From NCBI RefSeq assembly GCF_902713615.1, contig NC_052159.1, forward strand, positions 11,358,018 to 11,422,017: a stretch of DNA of 64,000 nucleotides, given 5' to 3'. Source of the stretch: Scyliorhinus canicula (Eukaryota). The translations under genes were made by a program, and so were the position numbers. This document shows positions 36,801 to 48,500 of this stretch, one piece after another; position 1 is the stretch's first letter, and every line of letters starts with the position of its first letter. The notes below the pieces were generated by a model, which saw nothing but the letters and a program-made list of their open reading frames with translations, was not told the DNA's origin and ran no database searches.

Positions 36801-39210
36801 GGGGGGGTGTTAGGTCAGGCCAGACGGGAGGGGGTGGGGCAGTGTTAGGTCAGGCCTTATGGGGGTGGAGGGGGGGGGGGAATTGTTAGGTCAGGCCGGA
36901 CGGTGGGGGGGGGGGGCGGGGAGTGTTCGGTCAGGCCGGACGGGAGGAGGGGGGTGTTAGGTCAGGCCGGACGGGAGGTGGGGGGGGGGGGAGTGTTAGG
37001 TCAGGCCGGCTGGGGGGAGTGTTAGGTCAGGCCGGACGGGACGGGGAGCGGGGAGTGTTAGGTCAGGCCGGACGGGACGGGGAGCAGGGAGTGTTAGGTC
37101 AGGCCGGATGGGGGGGTGGGTAGTGTTAGGTCAGGCCAGAAGGGGGGGGGCCGGGAGTGTTGTGTTAGGTCAGGCCGGACGGGAGGTGGGGGGGGGGGGG
37201 TAGTGTTAGGTCAGACCGGACGGGGGGGGGGGGGGTGTTAGGTCAGGCTGGACGGGTGGGGGGTAGTGTTAGGTCAGGCCGGACTGGGGGGAGGGGGGGG
37301 TGTTAGGTCAGGCTGGACGGGAGGGGGTGGGGGAGTGTTAGGTTAGGCCGGCTGGGGGGGGGGGGGGGGGGGTGTTAGGTCAGGCCGGACGGTGGGTGGG
37401 TGGGGGGGGGGGTGTTAGGTTAGGCTGAACGGGAGGAGGTGGGGGAGTGTTAGGTCAGGCCGGACGGGACGGGGAGCGGGGAGTGTTAGGTCAGGCCGGA
37501 CGGGAGGGGGAGCGGGGAGTGTTAGGTCAGGCCGGATGGGGGGGGGTGGGTAGTGTTAGGTCAGGCCAGAAGGGGGGGGGGGCGGGAGTGTTGTGTTAGG
37601 TCAGGCCTGACGGGAGGGGGGGGGGGGGGGGAGTGTTAGGTCAGGCTGGACGGGTGGGGGGGGGAGTGTTAGGTCAGGCCGGACGGGAGGGGGTGGGGGA
37701 GTGTTAGGTCAGGCCGGGTTGGGGGGGGGGGGCGGGCAGTGTTAAGTCAGGCCGGACGGGAGGGGGGATGTTAGGTCAGGCCGGACGGGAGGTTGGGGGG
37801 GTAGTGTTAGGTCAGACTGGACGGGAGGGGAGGGGGAGGGAGTGTTAGGTCAGGCCGGACGGGGAGGGGGGGTGGCGGCGAGTGTTAGGTCAGGCCGGAA
37901 GGGAGTGAGGGGGGGGGGGGGTGTTAGGTCAGGCCTGACGGGAGGGGGGGGGGGGGGAGTGTTAGGTCAGGCCGGACGGGAGGGGGGGGGGGGGAGTGTT
38001 AGGTCAGGCCTGACGGGAGGGGGGGGGGGGGAGTGTTAGGTCAGGCTGGACGGGTGGGGGGGGGAGTGTTAGGTCAGGCCGGACGGGAGGGGGTGGGGGA
38101 GTGTTAGGTCAGGCCGGGTTGGGGGGGGAGGGCGGGCAGTGTTAAGTCAGGCCGGACGGGAGGGGGGATGTTAGGTCAGGCCGGACGGGAGGTTGGGGGG
38201 GTAGTGTTAGGTCAGACTGGACGGGAGGGGAGGGGGAGGGAGTGTTAGGTCAGGCCGGACGGGGAGGGGGGTGGCGGCGAGTGTTAGGTCAGGCCGGAAG
38301 GGAGTGAGGGGGGGGGGGGGGTGTTAGGTCAGACCGGACGGGAGGGGGAGCGGGGAGTGTTAGGTCAGGCCGGATGGGGGGGTTGGGGGTTGGTAGTGTT
38401 AGGTCAGGCCGGGTTGGGGGGGTGGGATTGTTAGGTCAGGCCGGACGGTGAGGGGTGGGGGTGGTAAGTGTTAGGTCAGGCCAGACGGGGAGGGGGTGGG
38501 AGTGTTAGGTCAGGCCGGACGGTGGGGGTGTGGGAGTGGTAAGTGTTAGGCCAGGCTGGACGGGGTGGGGGTGGGAGTGTTAGGTCAGGCCGGGTGGGGG
38601 GGGGGGGGGGGGGGAGTGTTAGGTCAGGCCAGACGGGGAGGGGGTGGGGGGGGAGTGTTAGGTCAGGCCAGACAGGGGGTTGGGGCGGGGTGAGGGAGTG
38701 TTAGGTCAGGCCGGACTGGGGGAGGGGGGTGGGGGAGTGTTAGGTCAGGCTGGATAGGTGGGGGGGCGGGGGGGGTGGTAAGTGTTAGGTCAGGCCGGAC
38801 GGGGGGTTGGGGGGGGTTGTGTTAGGTCAGGCCGGGTTTGGGAGGGGGGGGGGGGGGTGGGTGGGAGTGTTAGGTCAGGCCGGACGGTGAGGGGTGGGGT
38901 GGTAAGTGTTAGGTCAGGCCAGACGGGGTGGGGGGGGGGGGGGAGTGTTTGGTCAGGCCGGACAGGGGGGGGGGGGGGGGGAGGGAGTGTTATGTCAGGC
39001 CGGACTGGGGGAGGGGGGTGGGGGAGTGTTAGGTCAGGGTGGGGGGGGGAGTGTTAGGTCAGGCCGGACTGGGGGAGGGGTGGGGGTAGGTAGTGTTAGG
39101 TCAGGCTGGACGGGAGGTGGGGAGAGGGGGTGGGGGTAGTGTTAGGTCAGGCCCGACAGGAGGTGGGGAGGGTGGGGTAGCGTTAGGTCAGGCCGGACGG
39201 GGGAGGGGGG
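33897..39210 (+). repeat. G-rich minisatellite: conserved core (GA)GTGTTAGGTCAGGCCGGAC(GG) with variable poly-G spacers, roughly 100 units, interrupted by an L1
   Basis: The core recurs about every 30-50 bp, with 15 units before the L1. There is extreme G skew on the + strand. The total unit count is a hand estimate. Confidence 0.97.
34452..35812 (+). mobile_element. 5'-truncated L1-clade LINE inserted in the minisatellite
   Basis: ORFs 34409-35314 and 35101-35493 (one frameshift), followed by AATAAA and poly-A. The 14-bp TSD AGGTCAGGCCGGAT occurs at 34436-34449 and 35813-35826. Same subfamily as 17419-18845. Confidence 0.93.
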
Positions 39211-39679
39211 TTCCGGTCAGGTTGGTCGGACCAGGTGTTGGGGCTGGTGTGGCGAGTCCCCTTCGGGATTGCGTTTGTGCTGGGCGTCCCATGCGAGGTT
39301 GAGTTTGAGTGTTTTAATAGTTACTCTGGAGTTAGAAATTTTATTTCCCGTCTAATTCTTTCAAAGTATCAGGGTAAAACTGACAGAACCACCCAAAGGT
39401 AGCGATTTAAATCGCTTCTGATGGATGGTTCCCAACCCACCACCATTGTCCAGAGGAAGTTAGCTCTTCTGGGCAATTGCCGGGAAAACCCTTACGTGGG
39501 AATGTCTGAGAGGGATTTGCAGCACCACACAGGGTTACTCCCTCAATGCGACACTGCAGAACCTGGAAGTTATGGGCCTATTATTGTCTCACAGGTTAAA
39601 TGACAATGGTTCTCGTGCATTGTTCTCGCAAATTTTCTCCCCCCCTCTCTGCCAGACTTGTCTTTTCCACGACTAGGTG

Positions 39680-40125
39680 TCAGCCATAGCTCAGTGGGGG
39701 CATTCTTGTTTCACAGTCAGAAGATTCAGTGTTGAGATCCCTGTCCAGAGACCTGAGCAAAAAGATCTCGTCTGGCGCTCCAGTATGGTACAAAGACAGT
39801 GCAGCACTGTTGGAGATGCTCTTTCAGACTAGAAGTTAAACTGAGACCTCATATTCCCTTATCGGAGGACATAAACGGTCACAAGTCACTATTTCAAAGA
39901 AACGCAGGGGTGCCCTGGCAAGCATTTATCCCTTGAGCAACGAGACTAAAACAGCTTATCAGGTTATCATCTCACTGGCATCTGTGGGATCTTGCTGTGT
40001 GCAGGTTGGTTGCTGCGTTACAGAGTCTGCATTGCCACATCCAGTAAAATATCGCTGCCACTGATGTAATTCGAAAGTACTTCAGTGGTTGTAAAACACT
40101 TGGGGATGTCCTGAGGTCGTGAAAG
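39680..40125 (+). mobile_element. Old, near full-length LF-SINE-like copy
   Basis: Head (tagctcagtgg..tcagaag), central gtgcagcactgttggag, and tail aagtacttcagtggttgtaaaacacttggggatgtcctgaggtcgtgaaag. Other copies lie at 48585-48885 (-), 21950-22110 (-) and 53560-53640 (-). Confidence 0.7.
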
Positions 40126-40377
40126 CCAAATCCATCTTTTGATGCTGCAGTACAATTCACCTAATGTCGCCCGCACTTTAAACACTGCTGGCTCTGGTGT
40201 CATAAATAAAGTGGGGAAAATTTCAGAGTGGTGACTGGAGCAGGATAAGTGATTTTTGAAAGAAAACGTCAGCCGCAGTAATAGTTTTATCGACACACAG
40301 GAATTATTAATTTTGCCTTGCTCCCTCTGACCCTTGTAAGCAGGGGACTCATTCTAAAACCTTTGTTTTTTGTTCAG

Positions 40378-40530
40378 ACTTGGATTGATGGTGGGTTAAC
40401 AAACAGGCTTCCAATCTTGTCCACTGGACAGACCACAACTGTTTCACCTTTCAGTGGGAAACTGGATATCTGCCCTCAAGACAAATCTCAAATCACTTTG
40501 TCTATCAAGATTGCAAAGCAGGACTTTATC
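40378..40530 (+). CDS. PNPLA4: PNPLA4 coding exon carrying the catalytic DGG motif (TWIDGGLTNRLPILSTGQTTTVSPFSGKLDICPQDKSQITLSIKIAKQDFI), 153 nt
   Basis: tttttgttcag|ACT acceptor and ATC|gtgagt donor. Lies inside ORF 40318-40545, and WIDGGLTN is the patatin catalytic Asp motif. Confidence 0.96.
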
Positions 40531-41864
40531 GTGAGTTCTTTTTGAAGTGTGTTCACTGGTCAAATACTTAAAAATATAATTTCCTTATTTGAACAATGCT
40601 AATTTAAATATTTTCCATTGTGTAAATACCTGTGTATTTATAGTGCAGTTTTGCAAAAGTCATTTACACCACAATGTCTCCGTACCAACAATGCAATCGT
40701 TGACCTGGCTGTGACCTGAATCTAGAAATGGGCCCTGATTTGACACCATATCAAAGCAAAGAGACTGTGTGGAGAACAAAGGTTCACTTAGCTTTACAGC
40801 AGACACAGAGCTGACCTTAACATTCTAATTCATTCTCATTTGCCATGGTGATTCAGGGATATAAATTGGTCAGAAAGCAGGCACAGCAAGGCCAATTTCA
40901 GAACCAACATTTGGTTCCCAAACAATGCCTGACAGATGTCCAGCCCAATATTGGACTGGCCCCTTTTTTTTTCAGGCACCCTTGGTGGTTACCTAAAACC
41001 TTGTGTTCAGGGCTTATTTACACGTGCAGCAGCGGGAAACACCTGTTCCGGGCCATCCTTATCAAATGGTTGTCAGCCATTTTGGACTGAGATGAGGAGA
41101 GATTTCTTTACTCAGGATTATGAGTCTTTGGAACTCTCCACCCCTGAGAGCTGTGGACACTCAGTGATGTTCGTATCTGAGATCGATAGATCCCTGGACA
41201 TTAAGCGATATGGGGATCTGACGCAGATCAGATCGAATGGTGGAACAGGTCCGAGGGGCCATACGGCAGACACCTGATCCAATGTTGTCGAAACTCTTGG
41301 CGTTCTTGACTTCATGTGGTAGTCCTGCTAAACCTCTGGTTCGGTCATACCATTGGTGATCATTTATTAATTTTCTCTGCCTCCCCCCACCCCAACTCAT
41401 TTATTTCCAATATAAAGGGTACAATTCTAAAAGGGGAGTCGGAGGGACCTGGGTTTATATGTGCATAAGTCATTGAAGGTAACAGGTTGACTGCACAATT
41501 AGTAAAGCATACGGCATCCTGGGCTTTATCAATGCAGGCATAGGGTACAAAAGCAAGGAAGTTATGTTAAAACTTTTAAAAACACTGAATTGGCTTCAAC
41601 TGGAGCATTGCATCTAGTTCCGGGAAGTATGGCAAAGCATTAGAGAGGATGCACAAACGATTCATGAGAATAGTTCCAGGAATGAAGACCTTAAGGTACG
41701 TGGAAGGCTTGGCGAAGTTGGACCTGACCTCCTGGGAGAAGAAAAGGTTGAGGGGAGATTTGATAGAGGTGTTCAACATCATGAGGGGTCTGGACAGTGT
41801 GGATCGGGAGGACCACTGGTGGAAAGACACAAGAACTGGAAGGCACAGATTTGAGTGGTTAGAA

Positions 41865-42244
41865 CAGGGGTGGGCAAACTACGGCCCGCGGGCCGCATGC
41901 GGCCCGCCAAAGGTCTTTATGCGGCCCACCAAGTCATTAAAAATAAATTAAAAAAATTTTTTTTTTTTTTTTTTTAATTTAAATTTTTTTTTAAGGTTAA
42001 TGGGGGGGCTGTTGGGTTACTTACTGGTATAGGGTGGATACGTTGACTTGAGTAGGGTGATCATTGCTCGGCACAACGTCGAGGGCCGAAGGGCCTGTTC
42101 TGTGCTGTACTGTTCTATGTTCTATATGAGGCGCCCAGAATCATAACCGGGTGAAGTAATTATTTTACTTAATATACTATGCGGCCCTTTAAAATTGTGA
42201 ATTTCTGAATGTGGCCCTTGCACGGAAAAGTTTGCCCACCCCTG
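41865..42244. mobile_element. Non-autonomous hAT transposon (MITE), 380 bp, inserted in a CR1 3' fragment (~41400-42340)
   Basis: TIRs CAGGGGTGGGCAAACT / AGTTTGCCCACCCCTG and a perfect 8-bp TSD GGTTAGAA at 41857-41864 and 42245-42252. Confidence 0.93.
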
Positions 42245-42829
42245 GGTTAGAATCTGGAGTGCATTGCCTGAGACAGGTTCAATCAAGGCATTCAGGAGGG
42301 AATTAGATTATTATATGAATAGGAGGAATGTGCCGGGGGGTATGGGTAAAAGGCACCTGAGTGCATTATTCCTCCCGAGGCCAGCACAGACCTGACTGGC
42401 CCAAAAGCCACCTTCTGTGCTGTAGCTATTCTGTTGTTCTATTTCCCTTTGATGTGAATTATTCTGCCTTTATTGAGTGCAGACGTTCCATTCCTTGCCT
42501 GCAATCCTTGGAAATGAAATGCAAATCGCTTATTGTCACAAGTAGGCTTCAAATGAAGTTACTGTGAAAAGCCACTAGTATTTCCGGTGCCTGTTTGGGG
42601 AGGCTGGTACGGGAATTGAACCGCGCTGTTGGCCTGCCTTGGTCTGCTTTCAAAGCCAGCGATTTAGCCCTGTGCTAAATCAGCCCCATTATGGTATAAG
42701 ATCAGCTGCCCATCAGGGTTAATAAACAGGGAAACAATTCTAAGCACTGCATTTTAACATCACGCAATTTTGCAATAATCTCTCCCTTTTTTCTTTCCTT
42801 CTCATCGCCCTCGCCAATTTGAATTACAG

Positions 42830-42961
42830 CTGTCCATTGCAAATTTCGTGAGGCTCAATCAGGCGCTGTTCCCACCCAGCCAAGTGACGATGGAGTCTCT
42901 TTATCACAAGGGTTTCAGTGATGCCACACGCTTTCTACGGAATAAAAGCTATTTCGAATAA
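42830..42961 (+). CDS. PNPLA4: PNPLA4 terminal coding exon (LSIANFVRLNQALFPPSQVTMESLYHKGFSDATRFLRNKSYFE*), 132 nt
   Basis: gaattacag|CTG acceptor, with TAA at 42959-42961. Matches the PNPLA4 C-terminus (RLNQALFPPS...MESLY..GF.D..RFL). Confidence 0.95.
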   Translation: MSIANFVRLNQALFPPSQVTMESLYHKGFSDATRFLRNKSYFE

Positions 42962-43314
42962 CTGCCTTCATTTTACGAGCCTGTCTGAACACTGCTGCAC
43001 ATCGATAAAATAAGAATATTAAGACTGAATCAGTCAAACTTTTGTTTTTATTAGATGGGATGATGAGGTTTCTTTTGGTGTTTTTGAGACTCTGTATCTT
43101 TTTGAACAAATTAAGTGGCCTTGTTTAAAGCAATCTTATTATCTGCTTATACATCTGCCCCAGTGAAAATACTCATTGTAATTATTTAAACGTATTTTTT
43201 CTAAATTGCTTCTGACCTTGTGCACCTACTTTAAAATGAGCAAGGAAAGCAGTGAGATCCGTGATAGTAACAGAAGAGACTGACTGAGCTCCAACCATGA
43301 ATGAAAATGTAGAG

Positions 43315-43320
43315 ATTAAA
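43315..43320 (+). terminator. Candidate polyadenylation signal (ATTAAA) for PNPLA4
   Basis: The first near-canonical hexamer I found downstream of the stop codon. There is no transcript evidence. Confidence 0.25.
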
Positions 43321-44684
43321 TCAGCCAGTGCTGTTAGTGACAAGACTTAAAACTGATCTGCCAGTGCTCTGTATTAGAACCATGTACTTTTATCTCTAGG
43401 ATCTGGGGTGTGCTCCAGCCCACACACACACACATGAAAGACTTCAATTTGCCGACAAGGATTCTACGTGTGGTCGAGATTGGACAGTGTTAGTCCAGTT
43501 GGGAATTGGATATTGCCATGCTTTTCTGAGTAAGGATCATAAGTACTGTCGCGGTCACGTAGAGGAAACTACGTCTTGAGGTGGATTTGCATTTTGCTGA
43601 CTGCATGAAGTTGGCAGATAATAATCTTTATTATCACAAGTAGGCTTACATTAACACTGCAGTGAAGTTACTGTGAAAAGCCCCGAGTCGTCACATTCCG
43701 GCGGCTGTTCAGGTACACAGAGGGAGAATTCAGAATGTCCAATTCACCTAACAAGCACGTCTTTCGGGACCTGTGGGAGGAAATCGGAGCACCCGGAGGA
43801 AACCCACGCAGACGCTGGGAGAATGTGCAGACTCCGCACAGACAGTGGCCGAAGCCAGGAATCGAACCTGGGACCCTGGTGCTGTGAAGCAAAAGTGCTA
43901 ACCACTGTGCTACTGTGGTGCCATCGCTCATTATAGAAACCTCTCAATTCATCTTTCCATCGTAGTCGATCATAGTTAAAATGGGTCCGTTTCTATGTTA
44001 AAGGTGCAAGAGACATGGAGGCTGTTATTTTATAACATGCCTGGGTGGCCAGCCGAAGTTCAATGCCCTTTTCTCCAACGTGTGCTGTGTCTGACCTGTG
44101 GATACTTGATGTAAACACTGACTCAGGACTACAGTACTGACAGTCCCTTGTTGATTCCACAACAAAATACTCATTAAAAATTTTCCTTCAGGGCTGAAGT
44201 TATTGGTCGTTGATGAATTGGAGAATTTTGTGTTAATTTCTGGTTACAAAGTGGCGGTAGACGTGAAAGCTGAACGGGATAAGCTATGGGAGGTTTTGGA
44301 TGTAGTTGGGAATTGGGAAGACGTAGAGAAATGCAAAATGCTTCAAATGGGGCAAAAAAAAAGGTCCAGGGAGGGACTATCAGTTCTTCTTTGGTTCTCT
44401 GCCTCATGGACAGGTCTGACCAGCAGCTCCACGGCCTCCACGGCTAGGGCAAGGAAGCAGATCCCAAATCCACCCCAGCCAAAACCAAGATCAAACCCCA
44501 TGCTGTTGGCACCACACCGGCAGTCGAGTCAACTGAGTCAAACAAGCATCCAAGGAGCCCCGATTTTTGAGGCAACGTGCTCTTGTACGTACGTTGTAGC
44601 CATCACGTGGCTGACCAGGAATCTCTCCTGTTCTCACCACCTGCATATCTTTGAATGACTCATAAGTTGACGTTTGGAGGCGGT

Positions 44685-44790
44685 GTGAATGCAGCTTCCT
44701 TGGCCATCAAGGCCCGGAGTGCAAGTCTAGCCCGGAGCTTCTGGCTTAGAGGCACGGAAGCTACCCATTGTGCCACAGGACATCCACTAC
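44685..44790 (-). mobile_element. Head of an older tRNA-derived SINE (family D)
   Basis: Reverse complement ggatgtcctgtggcacaatgggtagc..ccagaagctccggg..gatggccaaggaag. Similar segments lie at 21195-21280 and 51415-51515. Confidence 0.6.
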
Positions 44791-45260
44791 TAGTTAATTG
44801 GAAAGATAATAATGTGTGCGGAAATGACAGAGACCTGATCGACAAGAACTTGAACCATTGCAGCAATGTTCAGCAGTAGTGAGTAAAATCTGGACATGTT
44901 AAAAGATTAATATTGAGGTGAAGTGGTGAGGTAGTCCCAATGCTTTAGAATACTGTGTAGCGTTCTGGTCCCCATAGTACACAAAGGATATTGCAGCTAT
45001 TGAATGGATACAAAAGGGAGGAAACAGAACGATTAAAGACATGGATTGCGAGGGGCGATTGTGTAAATTGGCATTTTCTCACCAGAAAAGAGCAAGTTAA
45101 GAGGTTGATACGATTACTATATTATGGATGCTGACAGATCGAGATACCATAGGCCATGACCAGCTACTTCACCTTGTCCAGGACAGTAGACCCAGAGCAC
45201 ATGGTCTGAACTTGAAGGAAGGTGAATTCAAAACTAATCCGTGGAAGCAATATTTCAGTT

Positions 45261-45590
45261 ATCATAGAATTTACAGTGCAGAAGCCACTCGGCCCATCGA
45301 GTCTGCACCGGCTCTTGGAAAGAGCACCCTACCCGAGGTCAACACCTCCACCCTATCCCCATAACCTAGTAATCCCACCCAACACTAAGGGCAATTTTGG
45401 ACACTAAGGGCAATTTATCATGGCCAATCCACCTAACCTGCACATCTTTGGACTGTGGGAGGAAACCGGAGCACCCCACGCACACACGGGGAGGATGTGC
45501 AGACTCCGCTCAGTGACTCAAGCCGGAATCGAACCTGGGACCCTGGAGCTGTGAAGCAACTGTGCTATCCACAGTGCTACCGTGCTGCCC
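45261..45590 (-). mobile_element. HE1-type SINE, full length
   Basis: Head, V-domain and CR1-like tail. Similar copies lie at 47013-47305, 47674-47840 (partial), 59343-59663 and 60433-60777 (+). Confidence 0.85.
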
Positions 45591-48500
45591 AAGTTAGTGA
45601 AGGGTCCATCTGTGGAATCATCTCCCAAGGGAGATGGTGAAGAAAGATTGTATTAATGTCATTCATATGTAGACAGATTTCTTTCACAAAATAAACTGTT
45701 GGGTTACAATATATACGGAATTTGGGACGTGACTTGTGGTAAGTGTCGTGTGCGAGGGAGGAACAGGTGACTTTGGCCCTGTTCCCAAAGCTCTTCCACC
45801 ACTGTTGCACTCAAATCCCGGAGCAGGATTTGAACCCACAATCTCCTGCCTTCGAGGCGAGAGTGCTGCTTCCTACCAGCTGGATAGTGAACAGGTTCTT
45901 ATTTTAAAAAAGAAAAATCTCTTCGCCGGTTTGGGAACTGTAAGGACCATTCCGACCCACTGCCAACACCCACTCCTGACTGTTGCCATGGCACAAAGCA
46001 GTTCATTGTACACTGCAAGCACTTAATCTACCTGCGTGTTTTCTGGCAATGGGCGACTCAGTTCCACACCCCGGCAGGGTATCTTAGCTTTAACACGATC
46101 CAAAATGATAACGAAATCATCAACCCTCAAACTGCTGAATGCAACTGAAGTCATTTCACCTCAATGCAAATCTATTTTTGAATTGGTGACTGCGTATTAC
46201 TTCATGATTGGGTGTAATTTTTTTTTCAATGCTGCATTGTAATTCATTGATGCTGCAATTAAATAAATGTACAATGGATGAGGTTTCTTCAGTCCCATTC
46301 CTTAGTGTCGCCTCCTGATTTATTTTTAATGTGCTTGCCAATGTAATTTCTTTGTGTCTTTTTTTTCATGAGGTATTTGGACAGGTTTTCTGCTTTTTTT
46401 TTTGGTTAATGACCTATTTGCCCAAAACATGGTCTCATAAAGAACAACGGAATGGCCAGTCATCCTGGTTTGATTGTGCGCTGGAGGGATAAACATTGAA
46501 TAGGACATCAGCAACATAGGAATTAGGAGCGGAAGAAAGCAATTCAGCCCTTCGAGCCTTCCCCGCCATTCAATCAGATAATGGCTGATTACTTCCTGGT
46601 CTCAAATCCACCTCTGTACCTGTCCCCAGATCCCTTGAGCCCATTTTTAAAAACAGAAATATATCTATCTCTTTCTTGAAACCATTTACTGATTCAGACT
46701 TCACCGCAAATGGGGCAGTGAATTCCACAAATTCACCACCCTCTGCGGAAATAATAGTCTTTATTAGCGTCACAAGCAGGCTGACATTAACACTGCGATG
46801 AAGTTACTGTAAAAATCCCCTAGTCGCCACAATCCGACGCCTGTTCGGGTACACAGAGGGAGAATTCAGAATGTCCAAATTGCCTAACAAGCATGCCTTT
46901 CGGGACTTGTGTGAGGCCCCCAGAAGTAGTTCCTCCTCATCTCAGTTTTAAATCTACCACCTCTCATCCTATATCTGTGACCTCTCGTTCTAGATTGCCC
47001 CACAAGGGGCAACATAGAATCATAGAATTTACAGTGCAGAAGGAGGCCATTCATCCCATCGAGTCTGTACCGGCCCTTGGAAAGAGCACCCTACCCAAGC
47101 CCACACCTCCACCCTATCCCAGTAACCCCACCCAACCTTTTTGAACACTAAGGGCAATTTAGCATGGCCAGTCCACCCAACCTGCACATCTTTGGACTGT
47201 GGGAGGAAACCGGAGCACCCGGAGGAAACCCACGCAGACACTGCACAGACAGTGACCCAAGCCGGGAATCGAACCTGGGACCCTGGAGCTGCTACCGTGC
47301 TGCCCAACGCATTTGGTCTGCGTTTGCTTTCTCAATCCCTTTCAGTATTTTATATACCCCTCTCATTCTTCTAAACTCCCTTTGAATAGGATTGTTTACT
47401 CACACCTAATAGGTCCTCTCTTTAATGCCTTACATAAAAGTAAAATAAAGTAAGTTAAGTCGCCATAGTCCCAGATGACCATTGGCTACTTTCCCCTTTG
47501 AGAGGAATGATAATTGAATTGCCGGCCCTGATCGCCCATCACCCCCTGTGCTTGCTCATCCACATTAGCTCCCACTCCCCAATGCCTCAGTTTTAAAATT
47601 CTCACGATTGTTTTGAAATCTCGCCGTAGCTTCCCTATCTCTGTAATCTCCTCTGGCCCAAGAACCCTCCGAGATCATAGAATCCGTACAGTGCAGAAGG
47701 AGGCCATTCGGCCCATCGAGTCTTCACCGACCCTTTGAAAGACCACCCTACCCAGGCCCAAACTCCACCCTATTCCTGCAACCCCACCCGAGGGGGCATT
47801 TTAGCATAGCCAATGCACTGAACCCCCACATCTTTGGACTCTCTTTGGAAATCTCTGCACCCCTCTAATTCTGGTCACTTGCACATTCCCAATTATAATT
47901 ACTTCAGCGTTGGTGGCTGTGCCTTCAGCTGTGCACAGCCCTGAGTGCTGGAACCCCTTCTCTAAAACTCTCCCTCGCTCACTTCCTTTTTCATATTAAC
48001 AAAGCTGCCTAAGACCTTCTTTGTTGACATTTGTTGATTGCGAGTCCTGTTACCTCATGTGGGTCAGGACCAAATATTGTTTGATAACTCACCCGTGATG
48101 CACCTTGGGACATTTAATGCATTAAAGGTGCTGGACAAATGCAAGTTGTTGTTACATTTTCACTAGCAACTATGATAGGTACAGATAGAGAAGGCCTACT
48201 TAGTGCACCATCCAACTCCCTGAATGATAGCAGAAAGCCATTTCTTCGCTGTGCCTCTACCTCCTCCCAACAGCCCATTTGCAGCTGCTGCTAATCCTCT
48301 TGGTAAAGGAAAGCTTCTTGACATCCATCCAAGCTTAACAACCCTTATTAGCACGAGTGACACCTCAGTGAACACACAGGAAAATCCATGCCCGGTGGGC
48401 ACCCTGAGGACTGGAGTGTTTTATCGACCCCTTCAATCACATTTTTTAATGTTGCAAGTTCCCACTGAGATTCCGTTTACTTTGATGCGGTGCCCATTTA

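Noticed and set aside
33897-39210. CRISPR-like repeat-spacer array
   Set aside because: The spacers are low-complexity poly-G of variable length that recur in blocks. There are no cas genes, and the context is a vertebrate intron.
33897-39210. Interstitial telomeric repeat (TTAGG in the core)
   Set aside because: TTAGG is followed by TCA and never forms tandem TTAGGG.
33332-39302. Gly-rich ORFs (GVLGQAGR / SVRSGRTG repeats) as a repetitive protein
   Set aside because: They are by-products of a G-rich repeat. Variable G-run lengths shift the frame constantly, and there is no start or splice support.
44192-44365. Alternative PNPLA4 terminal exon after ttttccttcag (frame LKLLVVDELENFVLISGYK..)
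   Set aside because: The open frame needs a phase 1 intron, but the preceding PNPLA4 exon ends in phase 0, which gives an immediate stop. No homology was recognised.
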